A stretch of DNA of 64,000 bases, from assembly GCF_001194135.2 (NCBI RefSeq), contig NC_068999.1, positions 46,062,036 through 46,126,035 on the forward strand, in the 5' to 3' direction. Source of the DNA: Octopus bimaculoides (Eukaryota). The position numbers were made by a program, and so were the translations under genes. This document shows, piece by piece, positions 1 to 13,230 of this stretch (its first letter is position 1; the number at the start of each line of letters is the position of its first letter). The notes under the pieces were generated by a model. The model saw only the letters and a list, made by a program, of their open reading frames with translations. It did no database searches and was not told the DNA's origin.

Positions 1-86
1 GATAAAATCCAAAATTACAGGTAAAAACTCAATTAAAATCAATTTATTAAAATTAAATTAAATTTCACAGAGTAAAATATATATAA

Positions 87-266
87 ATATATAGTTTTAG
101 GGAAAAGAACCAAGGTTTATAAACTTATCCATGAAAATCCACTGTCACATATATATTTACTTTGTATTATGTTATACTTATTAATTGTGTTTTTAATTAT
201 AAATTTTTACTATATTTTTACTAACCCTAACAATAAACCTTGGTTCTTTTCCCTAAAACTATATAT
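87..266. repeat. 34-bp perfect inverted repeat (87-120 / 233-266), probable MITE part
   Basis: atatatagttttagggaaaagaaccaaggtttat and its exact reverse complement. Confidence 0.85.
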
Positions 267-271
267 ATTTA

Positions 272-302
<31 letters not shown>

Positions 303-833
303 TCTCTATGTGGCCTGTGTGTTTTCTGTACTCTGGTTATTAATATTTTTTTGTCTACGTTTTGTTTGCAACGTCCTGTACCCAGATATGCATCTATATG
401 TACAGGTAGATGTAGGTATGCACATACATGTACGTATATATGCATATACTCATTTATTATTTATATACTTATATATATGTGTGTGTGTGTGTGTGTGTGA
501 TTCCAAAACACATTTATGGAGCTCGATCTTTCGCCCGTAGACGTTCTGTTGCTGCTAAAATTTCTGGTGAATCTCTTCATGTCGTTTTGGTTTTAGAACG
601 TAGAAAGTTCCAACATTTATTATGACCGAACGAACGAACACTAGAAACCCTTCTCTTTTTTTATGTGTGTGTTTTTATACTTTCATTTCTCCCCGAAATC
701 GTGTCCGTCTCTAAAACCTTTCCCACCTCCTTATATGTTTGTGTTTTCTTTCTCCCATCATTTCTCCATAGAAGCAAAATATCAGTTGGATATATTTTGT
801 CTCTATTTTGATTGTACGTCAGTAAGTTTATTG

Positions 834-834
<1 letters not shown>

Positions 835-871
<37 letters not shown>

Positions 872-1255
872 TGTGTGTGTATGTGTATATGTGTGTGTGT
901 ATATATATGTGTATATGTGTGTGTGTATATATATGTGTGTGTGTGTGTGTATATATATATATGTATATGTATATATGTGTGTGTGTGTGTATATATATAT
1001 ATGTGTGTGTGTGTATATATATATATGTGTGTGTGTGTATATATATATGTGTGTGTGTGTATATATATATGTGTGTGTGTGTATATATATATGTGTGTGT
1101 GTGTATATATATATGTGTGTGTGTGTGTATATATGTGTGTGTGTGTATATATGTGTGTGTGTGTATATATATATGTGTGTATGTGTGTGTGTGTATATAT
1201 GTGTGTATGTGTGTGTGTGTGTATATATATATATGTATATGTGTGTGTGTGTGTG
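835..1255. repeat. Compound (TA)n/(TG)n microsatellite with higher-order units of about 22-24 bp
   Basis: Alternating (TG)5-7 and (TA)3-5 blocks; source of the spurious CV/YI ORFs. Confidence 0.95.
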
Positions 1256-2508
1256 GTTTTAGGACGAAGAAAGTTAGAATATTTTATTTTTTGTTATTGT
1301 TATGGATCATAGCAAACCAGGCACACCTACACGTGTACCTCTCCAATTCTGTTTCCTCATAACTTCCAGAAAAATTTCTGCAAATACGCTTCAGATGCTG
1401 CAGGGTCCTTCCTATTTTTTTTGGAATTTGTGGTGAAACAAAAAGACAATTTTTTTCCCCGTGTTGGTTTTGTTTTCTCAAAACTTTCCGAAAAAATTGG
1501 TAAGTATTTTTTATATGAAATTTTTCTACAAATACTTTTCAGGGTGTGTAGATTACGATTACATCGGAATTTAATATGAGAAAAGGAAAAAGAATTGTAG
1601 GCTTGTATGCATACATAACTGTGGCACGCATCACAAATATCATGTCTAGAAAATGAAACTTGAAACTTCGAAGAAAAGAAAATAAAAATGTGATGTTCTA
1701 GTATGTGTGTGAGCCCTCCAATTTTTGGTTTTTCATATTAAATATGGATATAATCGTATTCTAGATACTAAGAAAGTATCTGTAGAAAATTTCATTAAAA
1801 AAAAAATATATCAATTTTCTGAAAGATATGAGGCAATAAAGCCGACTTGTATGAATTTTCCAAAACTCCCCACCTCACCTTGGAAGTTTATTCTTTTTTT
1901 TTTTTTTACATTAATTGCTGATATAATCATAATCTGCAGCATCTGAAGTGTATTTGTAGAAGATTTCATTTAAAAAAATATACATTTTTCCTAGAAGCTA
2001 TAAGAAAACAAAGTCGGCACATTTATGTTGGTATGTCCCAAACCAAACCCTTAAAAACACCTTTTTTTCCCCCACATTTACATGTATTGTAATCTTAGAC
2101 TTATGTTTGTCTCTAAAACTATCCAGCTCCATTCTTTGCCGTTTTCCATCTCCAACATTTCTCTATAAAATCAAACAAGGTGTTTTTTGTTTGTACGTAG
2201 AAAAGTTCATTATATATATATATATATGCTATGACCCAAAAACCTCAACCATAAACCTTGTTGCTCCTTATGTTTGATGTTAAGTTTACTGTGAAATAGT
2301 TCACATCGTTTTTGATTTGGTTTGTTTTGGTTTTTAGGACGTAGAAAGTTGCAATACCATTTAGTTGCCCAACTTCAACCATCTGAGTTCAAATTCCGCC
2401 CGGGTCTACTTTGCCTTTGATCCTTTCGGAGGGTCGACAAAGGTAATTGGGTCGCTGAAATTGACTCGTTCCCTCCGCCAAAATTTCAGCCTTGTGCCTA
2501 TAGTAGAC

Positions 2509-2546
<38 letters not shown>

Positions 2547-3071
2547 GTAGTAGTAGTAGTTGTAAGTATTATTATTATTGACCTAAGAACAGCCATTTAC
2601 ATCGTATGTATCTCGCATTTATGTTCAATCTCCGTCTATATTTTTTCAATCGTTGTTCTTTTACCCGTGTCACATTTGGTCGGATAGATCAAAGACGTTC
2701 CACCCATGACCATTTCTTCGCTCTGCATCCAAGACCACATCATCCGTCTCTAATTTGATACCCCCCCTCCCACTTACCCAAGTCTGTAGGGCGTGATTTC
2801 AGGGAGATTTTGGCTGCTGTTCTTAGTATGCTTAGTGACCACGTAGAGGCCGCCCTCTTTTCTTGAGTTTTGTTGTTTTGGTTCGTAGTATATAGGAAAT
2901 GGATTGATTATATGACACGAAGCACCTATCTTTCATTTCCATCTTATGTACAATATTTATAGCGAATTTCTACACATATACGTATATAAACTTATACACA
3001 CACACACACATATATATATACATGTATGTAGGTATTTAAACTTATATATACGCATATATATGCACAGACGT

Positions 3072-3114
<43 letters not shown>

Positions 3115-5691
3115 CGTACATATACGTGTGTGTGTGTGAATTTTTTGTCTCTACCCCCTCCTCCACCGCCTGTATTGTTATATAATTTCCAGACCCAAGA
3201 GATAGCGAACTTTATTTTTTTTATCTGTTTGCTGTAGTCAAAATATATTTGTTTGTTTATAAACTATTCTGTGCTTCCTGTCCCAACACATTTCATATTC
3301 TGACAAACCCCCTTTTCTTTGAATTTGAAAAAAGCTAAAAATAAACAATTGGAGACTGTTGCCCATGTCACATCGATTTAGCTGTGGGCTTATATTCTTT
3401 TAGAATCAGGGTGTGTTCGATTTAATTTAAAATTTAGTTTTATGTCGTCGATTAGAATTGTCATTTATTATTGCCACAATACTAGTTTATTATTGTAGCA
3501 ATCTCTCCGTGAGTCGGTCATACAAGTACCAGTAATTTACACTGTTGGTTTACTCCACTCTTCTCGCTACCCTCATTGGGCTTTCTACCAACGATAGAAA
3601 TTATTATTATTATTATTATTATTGGAGCCATTGTAGAGAAGATTTCGCAGCATAAATTCAGTGACATTTCAGTGTTATGGAGTTAATTATCTGATTAACA
3701 TTGCAGAGTGCCTCCGTTTCCTGTGGACGAAAGTAGGCGTTATATATAGCTAAATATAAATGATATGGAAATTAAAAGATAATGCAGCTTTCAAGTGCAT
3801 TGCTGTAGTAAACGAAATGGAAGAATATTGATATGTGTAAACTTAAGCTTCCTAAAACGAGTTTTACTGTTAGAATCTTATTTAAAAATAAACTTGTTCG
3901 TCGGTTCAAACCTCCCATGTCATGTAGCATTTCGACAGAAGTGTTTTCGTTATATTACAAAACTTCTACCGTTTTAGATAAACGGACACTTTATGTGGTT
4001 TATCGGTATTAAAATGTGAGACTGTCACGGTTAGGATACCTTCGATCATAGATCTATCTGCTCGTTGAGGGCTAACTTGGAGCTAAGACAGCAAGTAAGA
4101 TCTTCTGTTCGATGAGGGTTGACCTACCACCGAGCAAGTATTGATATAGTTGAATTTTGTCTTGTTCCTGTTGTGCTTGTAAATATCGGACCAAGTTTTA
4201 AGATTTATCCAGAGAAAAAGCAATTTTTGTTTAAAGTAGGAAGTTACACACCCTCGAATGGGTTGTGTGTATATATATATGTCTTTTAAAACTTAATAGT
4301 TTTGTTGAAATGATTTGTCGGAAACATTAAACTTACTCCATTTAGCAAGTGTTTTTTTTTTTTATTTAAGTTTTCGTTAGCAAAACTGAAGAGTAGGTGT
4401 TTGACCAGCTAGAAACAGCAGCTAAATCAGAGCGTACTTCCTGAAGAGAACCACATATTAGATGACGCAGTCTTGATCTTGGTGGAACGTCTACCATCAA
4501 TATAGGTCTGCTCGATTAAGGTTGGCTTACCACTAACAATATCCGTCTTATTGCTTTATTGTTCTGTTTGTGAATTCACGTACGTACCGACCCTTAGCTA
4601 TATATACGGGTCGTAACATGGTTGGAAGTATTACTGTTATATTGAAATTGTACGCAAAAAAAAAAAAAAATTCTATTGCCTTATAGTAAATATTTAATAT
4701 TTCACCTAGAGTTTCACTTTACGGCATTCCGTAACTTGATTTTCGTGCCCTTGTCCTTAGACAGGGCTAACTTGGCTGGATAGAATAAATCTCTCTCTCC
4801 AATTGGTTTTATCATGTGTATATCTGATCAAGAATTATTGATCACCTGATCTGTGGAATGTTTAATTAGCTAGAAGAAAATACAGTCATCCATGTTTATA
4901 TTTTAAAAACAAATTGACGAAACACGCTCATACAATGGATGATAATACAATTATTATCCATTTATCTCTTCTTATGACTGATTATAAATTTTAGGGAACA
5001 GTGACACTCGAACTCACGATTCCCTTTATTCAACTTGAAATTGTCACCCACTGAAATCTTCGAATATTATTGATTTCTTTACGTTGCTGCAAAAATATAC
5101 ATTTAAAAACAAAAGAAAGAACGACGTTATGACGTTCATGCCTTTTTTTAAAGAAGAAAAAAAAACCAAATTATGAGCAACATTAAAATGTTGCTTAACT
5201 GAGACACCAGGCCACTGGACCACACCATTGCCCTCCCTCATAGTAGCTTCGGTTTGCCATCTCATATTTCTAAGGCCCTCTGCATGTCCAGATCTAACCT
5301 CACAATATTATTATTATTTTTAAAAATTTTATTTATGAAGTGTTACTTAACAAAATATTGGGACTATTCTGTTAAAAAAAAAAACAACAAAAATAAAAAT
5401 CCTTTTCGTGACTGATTATAGTTTAGCTTATGTGTTGGTTAAATTGCTTCAGAATTGATTCCATAATTATTAAAATCCCAACTTCACATTTTAAATCTTA
5501 GGTATTCACTCTCATTTATGAACTTGCTGTTCATCCAAGATAACTTCAGGGTTGTGTGGTTAAGAAGTTTGTTTACTGATTTTACAATTGGCCCCATTAT
5601 GTGACACCTTGAGCAAGTGTGTTCTACTATAGCCCTAGATCAGCTAAAGCCTTGCGAAAGGATTTGTTAGATGAAAACTGAAAGAAGTCCA

Positions 5692-5726
<35 letters not shown>

Positions 5727-7426
5727 ATGTAATTGTATGTGTAGTTTTCTGTCTCCTTTTCTTGAAATCTCATGGTAATTGTAAATGAGTATCACTGCCA
5801 TACAGGTCTCGCATAGGAATATGGGGGAATCTTACCATACTAGGAAACATGAGGATTAGCAGCACGGAGGGCATCTCTTGAAAATCTGCCTCAACAAATT
5901 CCATCTGACTCATGCAAGTATGTAAAAGTAGATGTTAAAATGTTGATATATCTTTACATGTCATCATCATTTAGTGTCCGTTTTCCATGCAGGCATGAGT
6001 TGGACGGTTTGACAAGAGCTGGCTAGAGAGAAGACCACCAGACTTCACTGTCAGTTTTAGCATGATTTTTACGGCTGGGTACCCTTCCTGACACCAACCA
6101 CCCTCAGAGTGGACTGAGTGCTTTTTATGTGGCACCATATATATATGGACAGTGTGTAACTGGTGGCTAAGAAGACTGGAAGGACTACAGCTTTAGTCAA
6201 AGTGTCCCTTAACCTGCAGCAGTTTGAAGTACTGGAGTCGATGTCATCGACTAACTCTCCTCCCTAAAATTTCAGCTTTGTCCCTTTGGTAGAAAGAATT
6301 GTTGTTATCAATTAATATTTTCCTCAACAAATGGCATTGCCAGTAGGATACCTGATTGGCGTTTACTGATCCTGATAAGATGTGGTTATAATGTTTTGTA
6401 GTTCCCACCTTCAAGAAAGAAATCGAAAGATAGCGATGACCTTGGTGGTCTGAAGAAGGTTTAATCTATTTTTATGGAAGGCTGACAATGAGGTCTGTAG
6501 TTCATTTGGGTTTCAGAGAAATACAATAGATTATATGGAATAATGTGTGACCTAAAATAAAAGTTGGTCATTGCTGAATGAAGCAGGTTTATGTGTCTGT
6601 GTCAAGAGTCATGTGAGAACATTGTAAAAATTTTGCTTGGCTTTTAGAACTGGGTTTGATATTGTAAAAACCATAGTTAAGATGGGTAAAGTAATGAACA
6701 TGGATTAATACAACTGAGACTTGTTGAAGGTATGAATCAGGCAGTCCATAGATCAAGGATGTTTGACAAACAAGTACAGTTTGGAAATATGTCGCTCAAT
6801 GCCTGTCTAAGCTTCCGTACAACAAAAAATTATTTAGTATTTCTCTGAAAGTAGAACTTAGAAATGCCAGTTGCTAAAAGGAAGAAATTTCCAAAATACA
6901 ATTTTCTGGTTATTAATATGTGTTTATTAATAGGAAAATGTCATACATGTAGAATACTAAGCAAATTGAGCAACAACAACAAAACCCCCACTTTCAATCA
7001 GTTTGTAGCTTTACAAAGGAAAGTATAGGACAAATTGATAATGGGAATGTTTGCACTACCAGGTAAGGACCACTGCAAGGAAAATTGTATAGTATCAGCT
7101 AGGGTATTCAAGAGTATACCAGTAGTGAGTTTACTGTAATTCCAAGGAGGTTTTGGGTACTCATTAGTCAACCAAAACCCTCTCGAAAGTCATCTACTTT
7201 TCTAGTTTGACGGATCAACAACTGAAACTGGCGTGTAATATAAGATTATACTAATTGTAGCTGGCCATGGACTGTAATAAAAGTCATGGTGTTGTTGGAG
7301 CCATAGTAGTGGTTGTGGACTATAATAAAAGTTCTGGTACTGTTGGAACTCATTTAAAACTAATTAATTCTTAGAAAATTACTATTTGTAAATCTCACAG
7401 CGAGAGATATTCAGCAACAGTACTTT

Positions 7427-7855
7427 GGAGTAAAGACTGTTTGCCAACATAACATGGCAGTCCTGGTTTAGGACGAATGTTGCTGTAATTTAGCCCCAGG
7501 AGACATCGTCTCCAGCTGGCTATACGACATGATCTGTGTCCTTCTAATTTTTAATTTATAGATCAGTGACTAGTTGTCACTTTGAAAACTATATATTTCG
7601 AAGGGGAATTTGGCAGCACCACCTTTAGCCGAACAATGATTGTGTGCTGATGAAGGGAAATAACCCGGAAATCACGATACACAGATATTGTTTTGAGCTG
7701 AGTGGGGGTGCTAGATTCCCTTGTTCGAAAAAAAATATAAGGACACAGATCGTGTGGTATAGCTAGCTGGAGACGATGTCTCCTGGGGCTAAATTACAGC
7801 AACATTTGTCCTAAACCAGGACTGCCAAATTATGTTGGCAAACAATCTTTACTCC
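7427..7855. mobile_element. Fold-back element with ~117-bp inverted arms and a central hammerhead-like motif (MITE-like or non-autonomous Penelope-like)
   Basis: 7427-7543 is the reverse complement of 7739-7855 (about 7 mismatches by eye); CTGATGA...GAAA core at 7647-7671. Confidence 0.8.
7631..7693 (+). ncRNA. Type I hammerhead ribozyme-like motif
   Basis: CUGAUGA, stem II GGG/CCC with loop AAAUAA, GAAA, minimal stem III UC-ac-GA, then UA; stem I UGUG/CACA plus AACAAU/AUUGUU. The 10.1-11.1 pair is an A.G mismatch. Confidence 0.6.
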
Positions 7856-8548
7856 TAATTAATTCTTGCTATTGCTTTGCCTTGAAGATGCCAGTCTGTT
7901 AAATGATTGTATGTCCATTAAATGTGGTTCTTTCATATTTTGAATCCTTTAAACTACCAATTCATATTTCCACTAGTTGACGTTGAATCACAACAAATGG
8001 TTGGAAAAGCATATTAGAACTTGTTCCAATTGATACTAGCAAGCGGTTTCTCTCTATAGTAGTAATATGAAATTCTGGTGGAAAATTTATATTCAAACTC
8101 TTATTCAACCTCTAATATTGAACCCATCTCAGACACATTAGCTGTGATAGAATTTGTTTACCAACTTCAATCACTGGGGTGTGTGTCACCAGATTCAAAT
8201 AGATAATGATTTTAAAAAAATAAATAATCATTATCTATTTGAAATTTGATATCTGTGGTTGTGTACCACTGAATTCAGATAGAAATAACAATACTATTAA
8301 CAGCCCTATTGGTTTGTTGTGTTGGACATGGAAGTGTTTGGGTGCAACTAACTGCTGAGGATTTGTACTTAAAAGACCCATATTACACTGGATTGATCGA
8401 CAGATAGAAGCATGATTATTAGATCAGAAAAAAAATAGTTTGAGAAAGATTCCATTTCAAATGAAAGTATTAAAACCAGATTGACTTTTATTCTAGAAAA
8501 TATGTCCCCCAATAATGATAATAATAATAAAAGAAACTAGAGTCCTTT

Positions 8549-8741
8549 TTAACCCATTAGCATTTAAAGTAACTGTATCAGGCCCAGATCTTCTACCTGT
8601 TTCATGTTCAAGGAGGCCAGATCTGATCTCTTACACCTACCTGTAATATCATTCTAAAAATAAGCTACCACATCATTGAAGTTTTGAAGCTAATGCATGA
8701 TTAATTCAAAACAATGTGTAATCTGAATGCTAAAGAGTTAA
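8549..8741. mobile_element. piggyBac-type MITE (TTAA-CCCTTTAGCA...TGCTAAAGGG-TTAA family)
   Basis: TTAA|CCCATTAGCATT ... AATGCTAAAGAG|TTAA; related copies near 13917, 18110, 40040, 60830 and 62998. Confidence 0.75.
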
Positions 8742-8887
8742 GATTTGCTGGGTGCGGTCTACCACAGTGTCAAACAAGGTTATCTACTGTTTCATTCAGA
8801 GATTTTTGAGATTAAAAAACTTTAGATATTTCAGTGATCATTTTTTTTTTTTTTTTTCAGAATTATAGTTTTAGCATCTAGCCATAA

Positions 8888-9400
8888 CTACTCAATGGCT
8901 TGAGTGTGTTCTCTGGTCACTGGATCCACATAATGTCGTTGATGGTTCACTGTCAGATGGTGATGACCTATGGGATTTAAATTATTATAAGTGGGCCACT
9001 CATCTGAATGAATTAGTGAACCTTTTTCACATTCTCTTTCAATAATTGGGATCAAACTGTTCCTGTCGTGCTGTTCCATAGAAAAGAATCGACAGTCTGA
9101 GCCTTGTTTGAGACCAAAAATCCACAGCCGATCAATTCTACGTCCATGGTTCCTATTGTTTCATTGTTCTGCATCACTGTCTTCGAAGAGAGGAGCATTG
9201 TCACCATTCAACCTTCTTCCTCAAATGTGTTTTCGACAACCAGCAAATTATGTTTCGTCAATCTGAATGGGGTTATTCGTTCCAACTATCTTCCCTCGTC
9301 AGACAACTCCACACACCTCACGGCACATACTGTACCTGTCAGTTATTGTATTTTTAGATTTTCCTATGAGTCACTATTGTGGTCATGGGTATATATCCAT
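8888..9400 (-). pseudogene. Merlin/IS1595 (ISXO2-like) DDE transposase remnant
   Basis: Minus-strand frame reads IQIDET*FAGCRKHI*GRR...RIDRLWIFG...LIPIIERECEKGSLIHSDEWPTY...HLTVNHQRHYVDPVTREHTQAIE, with several in-frame stops. Confidence 0.85.
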
Positions 9401-12400
9401 GACAAAGAAAAATATTAGTTCTAAAATCTCACTCACGCTCAGCTTGCAGTTTAATTTGTTGTTAATGTCCGTATAATGGAAAAATTGGTTTCCTTTACAA
9501 GATAGATAACCCTGGCTATACAGTTTGACAATGTGATAGACTGCATACTATACTAGCACCATTTGCTGGATTTTTATGGTCAATACCTACCAAAATTTGC
9601 TGAGATAGTTGAATCATTTGTGAAATTGTGCAAGGAAAATGTTGACTGTGCGTGGACAAAAGGATTAGTAATAGGCATTTAATGATTTAAATACAAAAAA
9701 TAGTGCTCTTGCTGAGAATCCTGTTGTAAGGATATTTGATACCAATAGGCATGTTGACATTCAAAGCTATTGAGCAATCTATGTCTGAAGTTTTATTGCA
9801 AACCAACCACTTAGTCCTATATTTATCAGGAAGGTCAACTGCTGATGAATCTAATTATTCAAATATTGACAGAGGGCGGGCGGTTTAGAAACTGTAGATC
9901 ACAAAAATGTTCCCATCCTAATTTACATTGTAGACATTTTCTTACATATAATCATAAACTTCTTGAATTCATATTTAATCCACACAAGGAAATTCCCAAG
10001 GTTATGTCTTGAGGGATACTGAGGTGGGCCATGTAAATGGCAGCATTTGATTTTGATATCATATATCATCATTTGACGTCATCGCATGGTTGAGACAGAT
10101 TTTCTATAGCTGGATTCCCTTCCTGTTGCCAGTATTCCCCTGTTTCCAAGTAAGCTAATATTTTCCATGACCATACATGTTTTTTCTATGGAAGACTGGA
10201 AAGGAAACAAACATTATCATCACTTATATTACAGTGATGATTGTTTACCACCATCACATGGTGTTAGGACAAAGGTACATATATGCATACACACACACAC
10301 ACACATATGTGTGTGTGTGTGTGAGAGATGGGTTTCTTGTAGTTTTCATCTACAAGATTTACTCACTAGGCTCTGGTCAGCCCAGGGCTATAGTAGAAGA
10401 CACTTGCCCAAGTTGCTGTGCAGTGGGATTGAACCCAAGACCACATAGTTGTGAAGCAAGCTTTTTAACCATACAGCCATGCTTGTGCCTATATGTTAAG
10501 AGAAATATTCCCTATGTTGACACACTTTTATGGCTACATTTTAGATTACAACTGCGACAAATTAATCTAGACAAGAGCATTCAGAGAGCGCAAAGCTCCG
10601 CCAAGGCAACACCAACGTCCTCTCAACGATTAACCAGAGATGATTTTTAATATGAGAATATCTGAAATAAAGTTGACTGCTCTCACAAGCAAGAATACTA
10701 AAAATGAACCTGACCGCTCTTAAAAATTTAGTAAAAAAAAAACAGGAAAAATAATCCAGAATCATTGTCCAGTACTGGATTGATCCCAAAATCTAATCAG
10801 TTCGTGCTAGTCATGAGGCCAAACATCCCTGAAAGTTTCATCAGAATCCATCCAGCAGTTCTTGAGGTATCTTGTCCACGGACAAACAAACAAAACAATG
10901 CCTCTGCTTTCGCTTAGGTGGAGGTTATAATGTTGATAGTTTCATACACCGGAAAGAAGCTGTTTGTATTTTGATAGTAGCGATGGAAACACTGTGTGAA
11001 GGCATGAAACTGGATAAAATCATTTCCTGAATAATTAAAAGAGAGTAACTACTCCAATGCCATGAAACTTTGAAAAATGATATTCTTTGTGGTGATAATC
11101 TTGCTATTCTACGTGAAGTATTTGGGAAACACATGATTAAGTGTTCTTGATGATGTCTGTTGTTGCATATATATATATATATACACACGTGTGTGCATGT
11201 ATGACATGCAGTCATTCAGTCATTTAAAGCTTGAAATACGGTAACCTACCTATCCTCCACTATATATATCATCATCATCGTTTAACGTCCGCTTTCCATG
11301 CTAGCATGGGTTGGACGATTTGATTGCACCAGACTCCATTAAAAAAGGCTCCATTAAAAAAGCACCCAGTATACTCTGCAAAGTGCTTGGTATGAGGAAG
11401 TGTATATCCAGCTGTAGAAGCCAGGCCACAGCAGACTATGGAACCTGGCGTGGAACCTGACCTTGCCAGTTCTTGCTAAGCTGTCCAGCCCATGCCAGCA
11501 TGGAAAAACAAATGTTAAATGATGATAATGGTATATTAACAGGTATAATTTTATAGGTGGTGCAGTCAAAACCTCTATTACTATTGGTTCCATTGTAAAC
11601 CATTGTAGAAACATGTTCCCTTATAAGCAAGATGGTCAAGAGAGCAACCTATTGTAAGCACTTGGTTTATAGTATCTGGTTTGGGCATTCAATTCGACAC
11701 ACATCAGTTTGTCTTGCTGGAAATAAGTTGTACTTATTTAACCACAGGTCGATGATAGTCAAGTAGTGTTATTATTAGAAGCATCCTATTCATGAAATGC
11801 TTTTGGGCCTACTCCTTTTAAACAAAAGTAGTATGTAATTAAGATTTAGCTGCTATTGTTAGCAGGCTCAGTGATTATATAGAGGGCTCCTCTTCAGTTC
11901 CTCCAGAAAGTGGTACATGTTATAATATCTTCTTACTGCCACAGACATCAGGCTTCATATTTTGATTCTATGGATTCTGTTGATCCATAAAAGCATTATC
12001 TGTGTTTGCTAACCGGTATTAGATATGGTAGACAGCCTAGAGAGGCCTAGATTAGAAATGCTATTTTAAAATATAACACACAAATACAATAATAGTTTTT
12101 TTTTTGTTTTCTATAGTTTGGAATGAAATTTGTTTTAATGAGAAAAAATGAGGAAATTGTGTTCATAATTTTCTGTGTCAGAATTACATAAATATTGAAA
12201 TGATTTAAACTAAGAACTATAGTTTGAGTTGGAGACCCTAGTTTCTCAGAAATTACCATCGTACAGTAAAATCAGTCAAATTGTAAAAAAAGAAAAGATC
12301 AAATTTATCAGCTGATTCGTCCCGCCTTGTTTTGGATAATACTTAATAGAAACTGGATCCTTTATAGGTGCAGATGTGGCTGTATGGTAAGAAGTTTGTT

Positions 12401-12531
12401 TCTCAGCCACATGACTCTGGGTTCAGTCCCACTGCATGGCACCTTGGCCAGATGTCTTAAACTATAGCCCCAAGCCAACCAAAGCCTTGTGAGTAGATTT
12501 GGTAGATGATAACTGAAAGACACCTGTTTGC

Positions 12532-12563
<32 letters not shown>

Positions 12564-13230
12564 TTGTTTCCCATCACTGCTTGATAATCAGTGTTGGTTT
12601 GTTTATGTCCTGCAAAAGAGACTGAATAACTACCAGGTTTTGAAAAAGAACTGGAGTCAATTCATTCAGTTTGTCATGTTTTGAATGCCTAAGCAATATA
12701 TAACAAATGCTGTACATTTGTTTAAATAGTTAAACACCACCAGTCACATGGCATGCACAGGTTTTATGTGAACTTGTCCATTTTTTTCTATAATTGCAAT
12801 TAAAATAAACAGGTACACACACAGTTGATTCCATTGCTACAGGATTATGGTTGATGTCGTTGCCCCTTCTCATACGTTCTGCTACGGCAAGATAGAAATT
12901 TGCAGTTTAGGTCTATTTGATCCGTGTTCCTGCACCTGTGCTTTTGAAATAAGTAAATTACAAAACTTGACAATGGCATCACCAATAAAATTTTGGTCAT
13001 TATCTTGTAGCTTATCCTTTAATTCACCCACGTGAGCTTTTGCTTTGAATGCCACAAGTCAGATTGAGACATCTCTGATCGACTTTAAGCTTATGTCACT
13101 TAGAGATTTTCCTTGCTTTGTCAATGAGGCTGTTTATATATTCTCATTTAATGTAACATTGAATGTCTCATTATTATAAATATATTGTTATAGCCATCTT
13201 TTAATAATGTTGCTATTTTCTGTTTTACAG

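Noticed and set aside
505-580. Possible first exon of a divergent minus-strand gene (MKRFTRNFSSNRTSTGERSSSINV)
   Set aside because: Short, runs into a (CA)n tract, only a weak donor and no homology recognised.
169-1362. Long ORFs rich in CV/YI/HT dipeptides (also 2957, 19695, 30037, 31808, 57044, 59892 and others)
   Set aside because: Translations of dinucleotide and tetranucleotide microsatellites; no domain content or splice support.
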